Below are positions 53,636 through 64,000 of a stretch of 64,000 nucleotides of DNA, piece by piece; position 1 is the stretch's first letter, and the number at the start of each line of letters is the position of its first letter. This DNA comes from Gnetum montanum (taxonomy: Eukaryota > Plantae > Gnetophyta): positions 61,753-125,752 of the forward strand of contig MNCI01000472.1 in assembly GCA_015680685.1 (NCBI GenBank), read 5' to 3'. A program made the translations under genes and the position numbers. A model generated the notes under the pieces. The model made no database searches. It saw nothing but the letters and a program-made list of their open reading frames with translations, and was not told where the DNA came from.

Positions 53636-54782
53636 CTACCCATAATCATGGAGCACTAATCTGGTATTCGGAACATACCCATGTTCCTTCATCTGGACAC
53701 TCAATTTGCTTAAGGTTGCATAAATAGCATCAGACTGTGGGTGTCGTGTATCAGCCACACGGAACTCATGAATCTTGCCCGCAATATCGATGAAAGACCA
53801 ACCAGGGCACTTGCGCAGACCCTGATCCTTCATTGGCTTTCTCACTTTAGCAACATCATCCCACCGCTGACCTTCACTGTAAATATTGGACATAAGCGCA
53901 TAGAATCCAGAATTCTTGGGCCTCAGCCTGAAAAGCCTCTGCGCCGCTCTCTCGCCAACTTCAACATTTGAATGAACACGACACGAGGCAAGCAACGTGC
54001 ACCAAATCTCAGGACTCCATTCAATTCCCATTCTGTAAGTATACTCTTCTGCTTCATTCAGATGACCTGCTCGAGCCAGAAGATCCACCATGCAGGAATG
54101 GTGCTCAATCGCAGGAACAATAGAGTAATCCTCCTGCATGACGCTGAACCAGTGCCGAGCTTCAGAAACGAGACCGGAATGGCTGCACGCGCTTAACACA
54201 GCCACGAAAGCGATTCCGTCTGGTTCGAAACCGCTTCTGAGCATTTTCTCGAACAGATTTACAGAAACCCTACCCATTCGCTGCAGGCCGTAACCTGCAA
54301 TCAATCCAGTCCAGGAAAGCAGATCCCTATCCCTCATTCGATCGAAAACCAGGCGCGCGTACCCAACGCTTCCACATTTGCAGTACATGTCGATAACCGC
54401 GTTTTCCAAGGAAACCTGGCCGCGGAACGCGTTCCGGAGCAAGAATCCATGGATTTCGGTTCCTTGTCGCAACAATGCCAGTCGGCCAACGGCCGGCAAA
54501 ATGCTCATCACAGTCACATAATTGGGCCTGAATCCTCGTTCCAGGGCCATTTTCTGCAACAATCTCATACTCTCATTAAAAAGCCCTAATCCAACGAATC
54601 CGGAGATGATAGAATTCCATCTCTGGACGCTGCTGCCGCTGTTCTGAAGGAAAACCCTAAATGCTTCCTGCAGGCAACCACACTTGGCGTACATAAAAAT
54701 CAGTGCGTTTTGCAGTATTTCACTACCGCTAAGATTCATGCAGATGGTAAGATGCTTGTTTCTCAAGTCAATAGATTCCAAC
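53636..54782 (-). CDS. PLS-class PPR protein, C-terminal part (PPR motifs, E1/E2, PG-box/E+; no complete DYW)
   Basis: NALIFMYAKCG, NAVIDMYCKCG, LSACSHSGLV, CMVDLLARAG, PGWSFIDI, GYVPNTRLVLHDYG*. Confidence 0.9.
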
Positions 54783-54849
54783 CTTGAGGCAAAGACCGGA
54801 AAAGAGGTTAGGGTTTTACTTATCCATTGTTTCTTCAAGGACCACGCCA

Positions 54850-55370
54850 GGCCAGATGAGCATGGAGACTCCTGGTGATGATCCTGGGAGTCTGCTAGGC
54901 ACAGTGAGCATTGAGGATCACGCCATGATCCTGGCACTCCCCCGAGGAGCATTGAGGTTCTCAATGATAATCCTGGCACTCGGCGGATAAGCATTGAGGC
55001 TCCACTTGATTACCCTGGGATTCCACCTGGCAAGATGAGCATGGAGGCTCCAAGTGATCATCTTCGGAGTTGGCTCAGCAGGATGAGCATGGAGGTCATC
55101 TTCGGAGCTGGGCAGAATGAGCATTGAGGCTCCAAGTGATCATCTCTGGACTCTACCCGGTAGGATGAGCATTGAGACTCCAAGTGATCTCTGGACTCTG
55201 CTGGGAAGGATGAGCATTGAGGCTGCATGCGATCATCCTGGCACTCCCGTGGGTGAGAATTGAGGCTGCATGCGATCATCCTGGCACTCCCGTGAGTGAG
55301 ATGAGCATTGAGGCTCCACGTGATCAATCCGGGACTCCACTGGGCAAGATAAACATTGAGGATCATCCTT
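54850..55370. repeat. ~45-bp (variable) minisatellite, ~13 units, inside the PPR gene
   Basis: Plus-strand core GATGAGCATTGAGGCTCCAAGTGATCATCCTGG. Confidence 0.92.
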
Positions 55371-56327
55371 TTTGATCCCGAGCAGAGCCATACGCAGAGC
55401 ATAGGCATGAATCTCGCGGCCGGCGCCAAGGCGGTGGAGCCGGTCGCAAGCCGGCAACGCGCTAACGAGCGTTACGGACACCGGATCGGCGCCGGAAGCG
55501 CGCATTCGGCGCAGATACAGAAGCGCTTCTCGGTGCTTCCCGTTTTGGCTGCATCCTGCAATTACGCTGTTCCACGTGACCGTATTCGGGCAAAACCCTA
55601 GTCTCTGCATCTCGCAGAACATCTCTACTGCAGCGTTCCATTGGCCGCTCTGCGAAAGCCCTCCGATGATGATGTTCCACGAAACCGCGTTCTTGTTGCG
55701 CATTTCGTCGAACACCTGGCGCGCATCGTCGATCCTCGCGCACTTTGTGTACAGAACCAGTAGGGCATTGGCGACCACGGGATTAAACCTGATTTCATCC
55801 TGCGGTATTGATCTGTGAATGCTGCGTCCCAGCTCAAGATCGCGTTCGCGTGCAGCTGCGCGCAGAACGAAGCAAAAGGTGTAAGAATCGGGCTTAACGA
55901 CGGCGTTATTGCTCTGCATAATCATACGGCGGTAGAGTTGAATTGCATGCCTGAATTTCTTGTTAGCAACACAGCTCGCAAGGATCAGATTCCACTGCAA
56001 CAATGCCGGAAACCGAATTTCGTCGAACAGTTTTATTGCGTCTTCGGCAACACCGCATTGCGCGTATATTTGAAGCAGATTCGTCTGAATTCCCGGCGCG
56101 CTCCCCAGTCCGGCGCGAATAACTTGAGCGTGAATCTGCTGGCCTTCCCGTACGCCATTCGTGCTCCGCAGACGCGAAATCCAGCGGTTTTGAATGTTCC
56201 TCCATGCATGAACATCGTCTGAGCTTTTTGCACTGTCTGTGTCTCCATCTCTGGCTATGGCTGCCGCTTCTGGAATCTGAGTTTGACTACTCTGACTTTC
56301 TGAAGTGAGCCTTGCATGAGCATTCAT
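55371..56327 (-). CDS. PLS-class PPR protein, N-terminal part
   Basis: GQQIHAQVIR, NLLQIYAQCG, KPDSYTFCFVLRA, NALLVLYTKCA, VSWNIIIGG, VTWNSVIAG, GREIHAYALR; CpG-rich and free of stops. Confidence 0.9.
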
Positions 56328-57077
56328 GGCTTTTCATCGGACCAGATTTCTGTCAATCCAGAGAACCGGAAATTGATTAATGTCGACCCTGCTGCAACAC
56401 CATGTTGAGTCATTTCATTCAAGGACGGAAAAAACATGATGGAAGTTCTTTGGAAGAAAAAAGATCTCTAGACTGGGAACGTCGTGCCAAACAAACTCAA
56501 ATCCTGACGCGTTTCCGGCAAACGGTGCAGAAGCATTAACAGAGATGGTTCCCTCAGCTCAGGTTTACCTGCCTTGTCAAAAAAAGGATACATTGAGGCT
56601 TTGTAACCATTCAGTTGTTGGACTGCTTAAAAATTTTTAATTTCTAATTTTTTAAAAAAATAATTTTAATTTTCAGTTTGTTAAAAAAGTAATGATAGGG
56701 ATGTTACTGCAGGAAAAGAAAAATACCCTATGAATTTCTGGCTTATGCATGTGACTTGTTATCTATAACATGTGTTAAGTTGCACTTTGAGTGTCTTTGG
56801 AATCTAAAATAATTATAATATAGCTAAATTCAAGATATATGGTCTAATTAAAATTTTACAGCCTTATCACTAGGCTAACACCTCATTGTTGTAAGTCATT
56901 GGTTTGATTATCCTAGTGATAAGATTATCGATTTAGAAACTCTTAAGTTATGGGTTTGAAACCAATGGGTGGTACTAAATTATAAGGTCCTACTTAAATT
57001 CTAGGAAAATTTCATGTTAGTTAGATGTCTAGGGGTATCTATATTCATCTAGTTCTAATTCCAACAACCCCCATTAA

Positions 57078-57280
57078 TTTGATCCTAAAAGATATGCTTA
57101 GACCCATGTTGTTTGGGGTATTATAAAAATATTTATGCATGACTATGGTAATCTAATTCTTAATTTGCCCCATGCATATGACTTGCAAAGTGTAAGTCAA
57201 TCACTAGTTTGATCCTAGGGTATATGCTAAGACACATGTTACTTGGGGTATTATAAAAATACATGTGCATGACTATGGTG
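57078..57280 (+). repeat. Direct duplication (~72-bp block, 130-bp period)
   Basis: TTTGATCCTA...TATGCT...CATGTT..TTGGGGTATTATAAAAATA...GCATGACTATGGT twice. Confidence 0.75.
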
Positions 57281-57923
57281 TCAAGTATAAAGCTATCCAT
57301 ATTGAATTACTTTACTTAACCAACGTTGATGGGATAAAGGTACCAAGTTCACTTATGCTGATGACGTAAAGGCATAAATAAGCTAAAGTTTGTATTTATT
57401 CATTAATTAAATAAAATATATTTGGATATGCCAAAGAAGAGGGGATTTGGTATTTATGAAACCAAGTATTACAAACATATCAACATGAACGATCTACAAA
57501 ATTTCTATAATTATGAATGATCAATAAGTAATGGGGATGATGTATTACTTCAAAAATCATAAAGTAATTATTGAAGCTTATTTCAAATAACTTAGAACCT
57601 TGTGTGTGTGCATGCGCACATGCATTTAATTGGTTGAGAGGCCAACTAGCTAACGAAAAGGGCCCTTTTTGATCATGCTTTATTGTTGTTATTGTTGTTG
57701 GGGTCACAATGGCAAGAGGGAGCTTACAATCATGATAAATAATTTTTGTTGATCATAATGTGAAGGGTGAGTTTTCCTATCACAAGAAATAATACAAATT
57801 AGTCATGAATCAAGAGGAGGCGGGGACATCTCGTCACTAGAAGATTTATTCTAATATTTAATTTTTCATAAGGAAAAAAAAATCTTCTCAACCAATACAA
57901 CACATATATATACATAGGTAATA

Positions 57924-58090
57924 GGGACCATCGTTTGGAGTGATGGTAAGGTGCTCATTTTTCAAGTTGAAGACTTGGATTTGAGCCTACACGTAGCCAC
58001 TCAAAAAGGTTAGACTTTTTGCCCATCTACCAATCATCCTAGAACCCGCCTAAAGATATGAGTGTTGTGGCTTCAAGTGATGATCCTTTT
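57924..58090 (+). mobile_element. Degenerate tRNA-derived SINE (Au-like outline)
   Basis: A-box-like TGGAGTGATGGT, B-box-like GGATTTGAGCC, ends CCTTTT; 20-bp TSD with 2 mismatches (57904-57923 and 58093-58112). Confidence 0.65.
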
Positions 58091-58635
58091 ATATATATAT
58101 ACACAAGTAATATAGCTACTATTATGTATGTACTTTTGAGTACTATGACATTGTGTTTTTAAGAACACTATTGCATAAGTAAAGTTATAAATATATCTTA
58201 TCACAAAACCATAAATCATACTTAAGAAGCACTTAGCTTAACATAGTATTACTTCCTATGTATGGATACCCATTGCTTTTTAATGTAATGTTACTTAAAA
58301 TGTTACATGTTAGTCTATTTGTCAAGGTGTCAATTATGATTCCAACAACCCCCACTTCTTAAGCAATGTTTAAAAAGTTCGAAAGGAAGAAAATAAAATA
58401 AGGGATAAACAACAATAGTATACCATAAATTCTACACATTATTGCAAAGAAGGTATAGATTTTATTACTTAGATATTACTGTTTTTACTTTGTAAACACA
58501 TTTTACAAATTAGGTTTATTAAATACATAATTCACTTGGTTAAAGCACATGACTCTTAGTGATGAAGTCACACATTTGTGTCAAAAGATATGTTGCAATA
58601 ACCTTATGATCTAGTTCAATTATAATAAAGTATTG

Positions 58636-59335
58636 TGATGAGTGGCAAGTCACCCCTACACTCAACCATACGAATACGAGTGTTTCACGCACGATCCGGT
58701 CGAACTCCGTAGATGAACTAGTTGTGGTATCCAGACAGTTATTCTTAGGTCGCAGTTCGTTGTCTTCCCATCTAGACTAGTGTTAACTTTGTCATGTATG
58801 GTTTAGTCTAGAATGAGGTGTATGATGCGTTCCTATACTAATGCTACTCTTGGGTGTAATGGAAAATGATATTAACTAAGCTAAGAGAGAGAGGGTGAGA
58901 GAGAATCTAAGCTAGCCTAAGTGCAATGAGCATCCGTTCCTTGATCATCTGTACACATCTTGGACTTTGTGCATGACTACCATTGGGGTTACCAAGCGTA
59001 AATCCTAGGTACGCTACTGGGTTACCAAGTAGTCACACTTAAATGCTCATAGTCAAGTTGTACTCATTCCACGTTTAACAGGAGTTTAGGGTGAAGAGAT
59101 ATTAATTAAGGAAGCAGTAAATAACAATTAAATAAATAATTAAACCAAGTGAATGCTATAATGATGAAGTAATCTCGATCTTTATTTTCTATCATGTGCA
59201 TGTCCAAGTACGTCACACTCAAATAAGGATGCCATACAATTACAATCACCACATTGCGAGCATACACTGGGAAAGAAGGGTTAAGAGAAGAACTACTTAA
59301 AACTTAACACTTAAAACTTAGAACTAAAAAACTCA
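58636..59335 (-). repeat. Athila-like LTR (3' part), inverted
   Basis: Reverse complement ends CTCGTATTCGTATGGTTGAGTGTAGGGGTGACTTGCCACTCATCA, matching the LTR ends at 47078 and 60115. Confidence 0.8.
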
Positions 59336-61920
59336 TGATGGGATGCAATATCGCATGGGCTGCGATATCGCAGTGTGCTGCTAAGTCTATAAATAAGAGG
59401 TGGCTCTCCCTTTGTTTCTCATCTAGATCTAGACCCTTAGCGAAACTCTGGCAGTTTTACCTCCCTAGAGATAGAATATTTTCCATGTGCCCGCAGTAGG
59501 AGCTCCAAAGTGAACGGATCTTTATTCGAGCAAATATTGTACTTGAACACATGTTTGTGTACGACAATAAAGACGAACTTCTTGGATAAACCTTGCAATG
59601 CATGGAATAAGCTAAATAGGATTTTATTTATTGTTATTTACTGTTTGTCATTTAATGCTTTATTAGTTGATTAAATCTTTTTCAACCCTTCTCTCCTAAT
59701 TAAGTGCCACAGTACGACCGCTTTGAGCACGTGCATTACGCTTGGTGATCCCAGCAACGATTAGCATTTGGTAACCAAGGTTGCATTGGTTCAAGGTGTG
59801 AACGGTAAGTGGGAATGAATGCTGACGCTAGGTTAATTAAGGCTTAGTTAGTTAGTTAAAGTTAGTTAATTAGTCTCTTTACTCTTCACCTTATCAGCAT
59901 AGGAGATAAAAACTGAAAAGCTATAAAAATCATATACCTCGGACTTACTTAATCATACACCGTGACAAATACAAGTAAGTCTGGGAAGACAACGAATAAT
60001 TAACCTTAAGTGTTCCATGAGGCGTGTAGGCACTTAGTCTGCAAAGTTCGACTAGATCGCTTGTGTTATGCTCGTATTCGTATGGTTGAGTGTAGGGGTA
60101 CCTCGCCACTCATCATTGGCACTGTTGCCAAGGACTAAGTGTTTATGCATTGAGTAGAACATAGGAAATTACTCACATCGTTGGGAGCTTAAACGAACCT
60201 TAGGGTTAATTAAACGAAATTTCTATAACAGTTAAATAGCACACCGAATAAGACACAATGTCTTCTTCTTCTTCTCATAAGAGCATTACACCACCTAGGG
60301 ATCATACTAAGAACAGTTGACAGTCTAAAACACATAATCAAAATTAGCCGGTTCCTCAATAATATAGGGTGGTATATACTCATCCCGATGAGTACATACC
60401 CAATTTTAATTTTATCCTCCATCAGGATGAACAGATGTGCTGGAGAGACTTGCAAGGTAACATAGTGTTACCTCTAGATCGTGCAGTCCCCAACATGCTC
60501 CTTCGTGCTTTGGCACAGATTGGCATGACTTAGCTCTATGCTAAATACATTATAGCAGATTTTGACACAAGAGATTACTATCCTACATCTGCACAACGTA
60601 TGAGGGACTCAAGGCAGGAGAGCCAACATACACTGTTGAAGGGCAAAGAGGTCCCGCACGTCCTAAGTGAAAATGGAGATGGTGAACCACTCATAATCGG
60701 TTCTCTATCGAAAGATGTTTCCCCTCCTAACGAAAGTGAGGAGGGGGGGNNGGGGGGAGGGGGGGGAGGGTATTAGAACCTATGCTCCACGATACACAAC
60801 CCTGGTTCTGATCCCCATGAACACCAGTTGTTCACTAAGGGAACAACAACAAATGACAAGGACGAGCACTCAGATTGTCACCACGATCGGGGCTGAAGCC
60901 ACAGAAGAGAAGGTAAGAAACATTGTTATGGCGATGGTTCTCCTTCTTCTTCACCTTCATCACATCACTCACCCTCTCCTTCCACATCAGGGTGCAGCCA
61001 TCAAGAGCATAACGGAAAGAATAAGGGTAAGAGAAATGAGAGACCTCGATGAGAGAGTTGAGAAAGAGGACGAGGGCAATCAAGAGAATCAAGGCATGAA
61101 TGAAGGGAAAGTAGGGAACAATGTAGACATCATAGACGTCATGAAAGGGATGATCATGACGAACCCCTACTGGCCACCCGAAGTATGCTAGATATTAGGG
61201 AGGCAGTGAGAATACCAACAAGGCATCAAAAAGATAGTCAGATCAAGCGCTTAGACATGAACAATATCCCACGATATAAAGGGGGATACAACGTGGATCC
61301 AAAAAATCATTTACAGGCATTCCACGATGCCTGTGCCTTGTAAAATATAGAAAACGAGTGGCAAAAGCTAAAGTTGTTTCCCAGGACACTCATAAAGAAA
61401 GCAGAGAGTTGGTATTGGTCCTTAGAATCGAAAACCATTAGGAGGTGGAGTACGATGTTAGAACTCTTCAACGATAAGTATCAGATGTACTCCAGAGTGT
61501 CTAATTTGCGTAAGCAGATCTAAGGATGGAAGCAAGGTACTCATGAACCCTTGGATGCTGCCATGGGCCGCTACTATGCATTGTTACATCGTTGCTTGGG
61601 CCATGGTTACGCACAACGGGATCAGCTTTGCCATCTCGTAGATGGGCTAAGGTATGAAACTAGGAGAACCCTTGGGACTTATGCCCAAGGAAGACTATCA
61701 GAACTTAGATCCCATGAAATTCATTGCTTGTTGGAACAATTAGCGGAGCTACGAAAAAGGGAAAGTGCAGAAGAATATAACCGTGATCCCTCTCTTCGCA
61801 AGAAGGGAGTGAGATTTTGCAATGAAAAGGATGAGTCACCACTCGAAGAGTTGGTGAACAGAAAAACCTTGCCACTTCAGAAGCTAATAATGGAAGTAGC
61901 GGCTAAGGTAGATGAAGTAT
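59336..61920 (+). mobile_element. Truncated Athila-like element: 5' LTR (59336-60115), PBS, gag
   Basis: TGATG...CTCATCA, then TTGGCACTGTTGCCAAGGA (Athila tRNA-Asp-type PBS, decayed); gag IPRYKGGYNVDPKNHLQAF...KLKLFPRTL..KAESWYWSL at 61265-61500. Confidence 0.88.
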
Positions 61921-62324
61921 GGAGCTCATTAGACAATTGTTGGCACATTTTAGCCATTTTATGGAATAGAGACATGAGATGATTGAGATTTCCAAAATAT
62001 TTCAATACAAATATTTGAAATGGAAAGATGTAATCTGAAAAGGTATTGATTCCTATCACTTGTTTAGAAAAAAAAAAGAAGAGATGGATTGGAAGAAAAG
62101 ATGGAACGAATGAAAACAATAAATAGAATAACTAGCAAATCCTTGGATACTGGTAAAGAACAAGCAGGGGAAGGTGGTAGAAAACAATGTTTCAGGCTAC
62201 CGATATTTGTTCAAAGCATCTGTGCTCTGCCTCAAATAATATGAAAATAATTTCCAAAGAACTACAAACTCACTAAAGAATGTAAAAGCTTAGACAAGAA
62301 AGAGATCAGTAGCAAGCTAAAGGA

Positions 62325-62834
62325 ATGAAGAAAACACATATGGTAGTTACTAAGCAGGCAGTAATGCTGATGCTGGTTACAGGTATTGCTTTGACCTCCA
62401 CACAAACAGGAGGAGAAGGAAAAAGAGCAGGGTTGTTGTCCCTCAACAAAGCACAGTTCTCCTCAGAGGTGAATATAGATGTAAACACAAATGCAGATGC
62501 AGATGTTGGACTGTTCATGGATGCAGATGCAGACACGAATCGACTGTTTGGCAAAATCAAGAAGGCATTCTCGGCAGCAGAAAATGCCATAAACCAGGCC
62601 AAAGAGTTCATAACTGGCCCAAAATTGAAAAAACATGCAGCGTCCATGGTTGGGTTGGCCAAGGAGGTCACGGGTACGACACTGGGTATAAAGAAGCTCC
62701 AATTTTCAAAAGTGCCCAAGCACATTGTAGATTTAATTCAAAACATCCAGGGCCATAAAGAAATTCGTGAACGTGCCTTTGGTTGCTGTGAAATTGACAA
62801 CTCGCTTTTTTTAAAAGAAAAAAATAGAACCTAG
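62325..62834 (+). CDS. Hypothetical 169-aa protein with signal-peptide-like N-terminus
   Basis: Basic start plus hydrophobic AVMLMLVTGIAL, acidic DADAD segment, amphipathic RLFGKIKKAFSAAENAINQAKEF; no recognised family. Confidence 0.45.
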   Translation: MKKTHMVVTKQAVMLMLVTGIALTSTQTGGEGKRAGLLSLNKAQFSSEVNIDVNTNADADVGLFMDADADTNRLFGKIKKAFSAAENAINQAKEFITGPKLKKHAASMVGLAKEVTGTTLGIKKLQFSKVPKHIVDLIQNIQGHKEIRERAFGCCEIDNSLFLKEKNRT

Positions 62835-64000
62835 AAAGTACAGGTGGGTAGCGAATTTACAAACCACATTGGCCACAACAGCAGAGATTTACCCACGTTT
62901 AAGGCACAATAGTAAGGGGTGAATGAACAGGGAACTCAGGAAATAGCGCCCCACTTCTGTAAATATTTTTGTGGTATGGATAATTTCTCATAAACATTTA
63001 ATGGACCTGATTCACCAGTGAAGCATGAAAATAATAACTTTGTTCATCGTCCATGCACTGATCGCGACCAACTGAAGATTTGGGATAGCCTTAAATAAAC
63101 AACAGCAACAACAGCGTTGGCAGTCATGGTGGTGTAGAGCTGCGGTTCTTTTGGTGGGATTAAGTTATGGAATTGTCTTTGAGTTCATTATAGTCTTTAC
63201 AAAGAATTATATACTTTACTTTATATGTTCATATAAATGTATATTTTTATGTCTCTGCCCTACTGCAAAAATTGAGAAATTTTCAGAAATTAGCAATAGA
63301 GTTTTTAGAAATAAGCTACAGGGACTACATTGCAAGAGATATGGATGCTTTCAAAACTGTACATTACAGTGGCAGCAAAGGTTACAACAACCATAGTTTT
63401 TCATGAACACACAACAACATTTCCTAACGCGGTGGCAGAGCCTTCTCCCGTGGTGGCAGTTGGTAACAATTTTTGGCGGGGCAGGATAATTTGGAATTAG
63501 TTGCTGGCAGTTACAGGGTTGGTGCCTTCACATTCGGACTCATATTTTGAGCCATCGCCGGATTTAAATTTATATTTCCAAGGGTGCAAGAGCAGATAAA
63601 TTATTTTTATAAATTAGCTACCGCTACCACCAATGTCTACACCCCAAGGTGGATATTATATTATATTTTTACCATCACTTTGTTAAAAAAAAAGAAAGAA
63701 ATTTTTTAAGGCTTAATGACATTTAGTGTTTAAAATTTTAATAAAATAATTAAATTAAATTAGGGATTTTGGATTTATTTTAATAAATAAATAAATAAAT
63801 AAATAAGTTACAAAAGCAATATTTGTAATATTTACAAATATTAATGTTAGCATAAATTCCTTCTAACTTTATGTATAACTTCCTAACTACATAACTTCCT
63901 CTTAACTAAATGGGTAAGTTGTAATCTCCTTACTTGGGAGAAAAGTTAGCTAGGATATTTTGGAATGTAACTACCTTATGAACCTTATAAAAAGGCTTCA

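Noticed and set aside
57060-58362. Two copia-like PPT+TGTTGG LTR starts on the minus strand (57066, 58347)
   Set aside because: No paired LTR, PBS or coding remnant could be established by eye
60741-60770. G-run with NN (and the C-run at 22668-22686) as G-quadruplex candidates
   Set aside because: Homopolymer runs, one with ambiguous bases; length and local frame unreliable

Overview
Land-plant nuclear DNA, AT-rich and TE-dense, with heavy CG/CHG-type C>T decay. Main content: (1) Two copies of a Ty3/gypsy Tat/Ogre-type LTR retrotransposon (domain order gag-PR...RT-RH-aRH-INT). One is a complete 19-kb element (23100-42174, TSD ATATG); the other is the 3' part of a sister copy (1-8695). The family has an unusual layout: gag-PR is separated from RT by ~6 kb, and that spacer holds an ANTISENSE gene of ~1,000 codons with seven GT-AG introns. 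Six of the seven junctions are phase-consistent by hand translation, and the product has a plant-mobile-domain-like core. A CTCACGCTG motif is arrayed in the LTRs, the leader and this gene's first intron. (2) Several Athila-like elements and LTRs: a pol-less element with an internally promoted ORF2 (10463-21262), a solo LTR with TSD (46285-47078), and head-to-head LTRs plus gag (58636-61920). (3) Helitron remnants: a PIF1 helicase (21390-22320) and a ~7-kb fold-back made of two inverted Rep fragments (45280-52620). (4) A PLS/E+ PPR gene (53636-56327, minus strand) interrupted by a ~45-bp minisatellite. (5) A CpG-retaining promoter-like island (44650-45250), a tRNA-type SINE with TSD, and an orphan ORF with a signal-peptide-like N-terminus (62325-62834). 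All calls come from manual reading; no searches were run.
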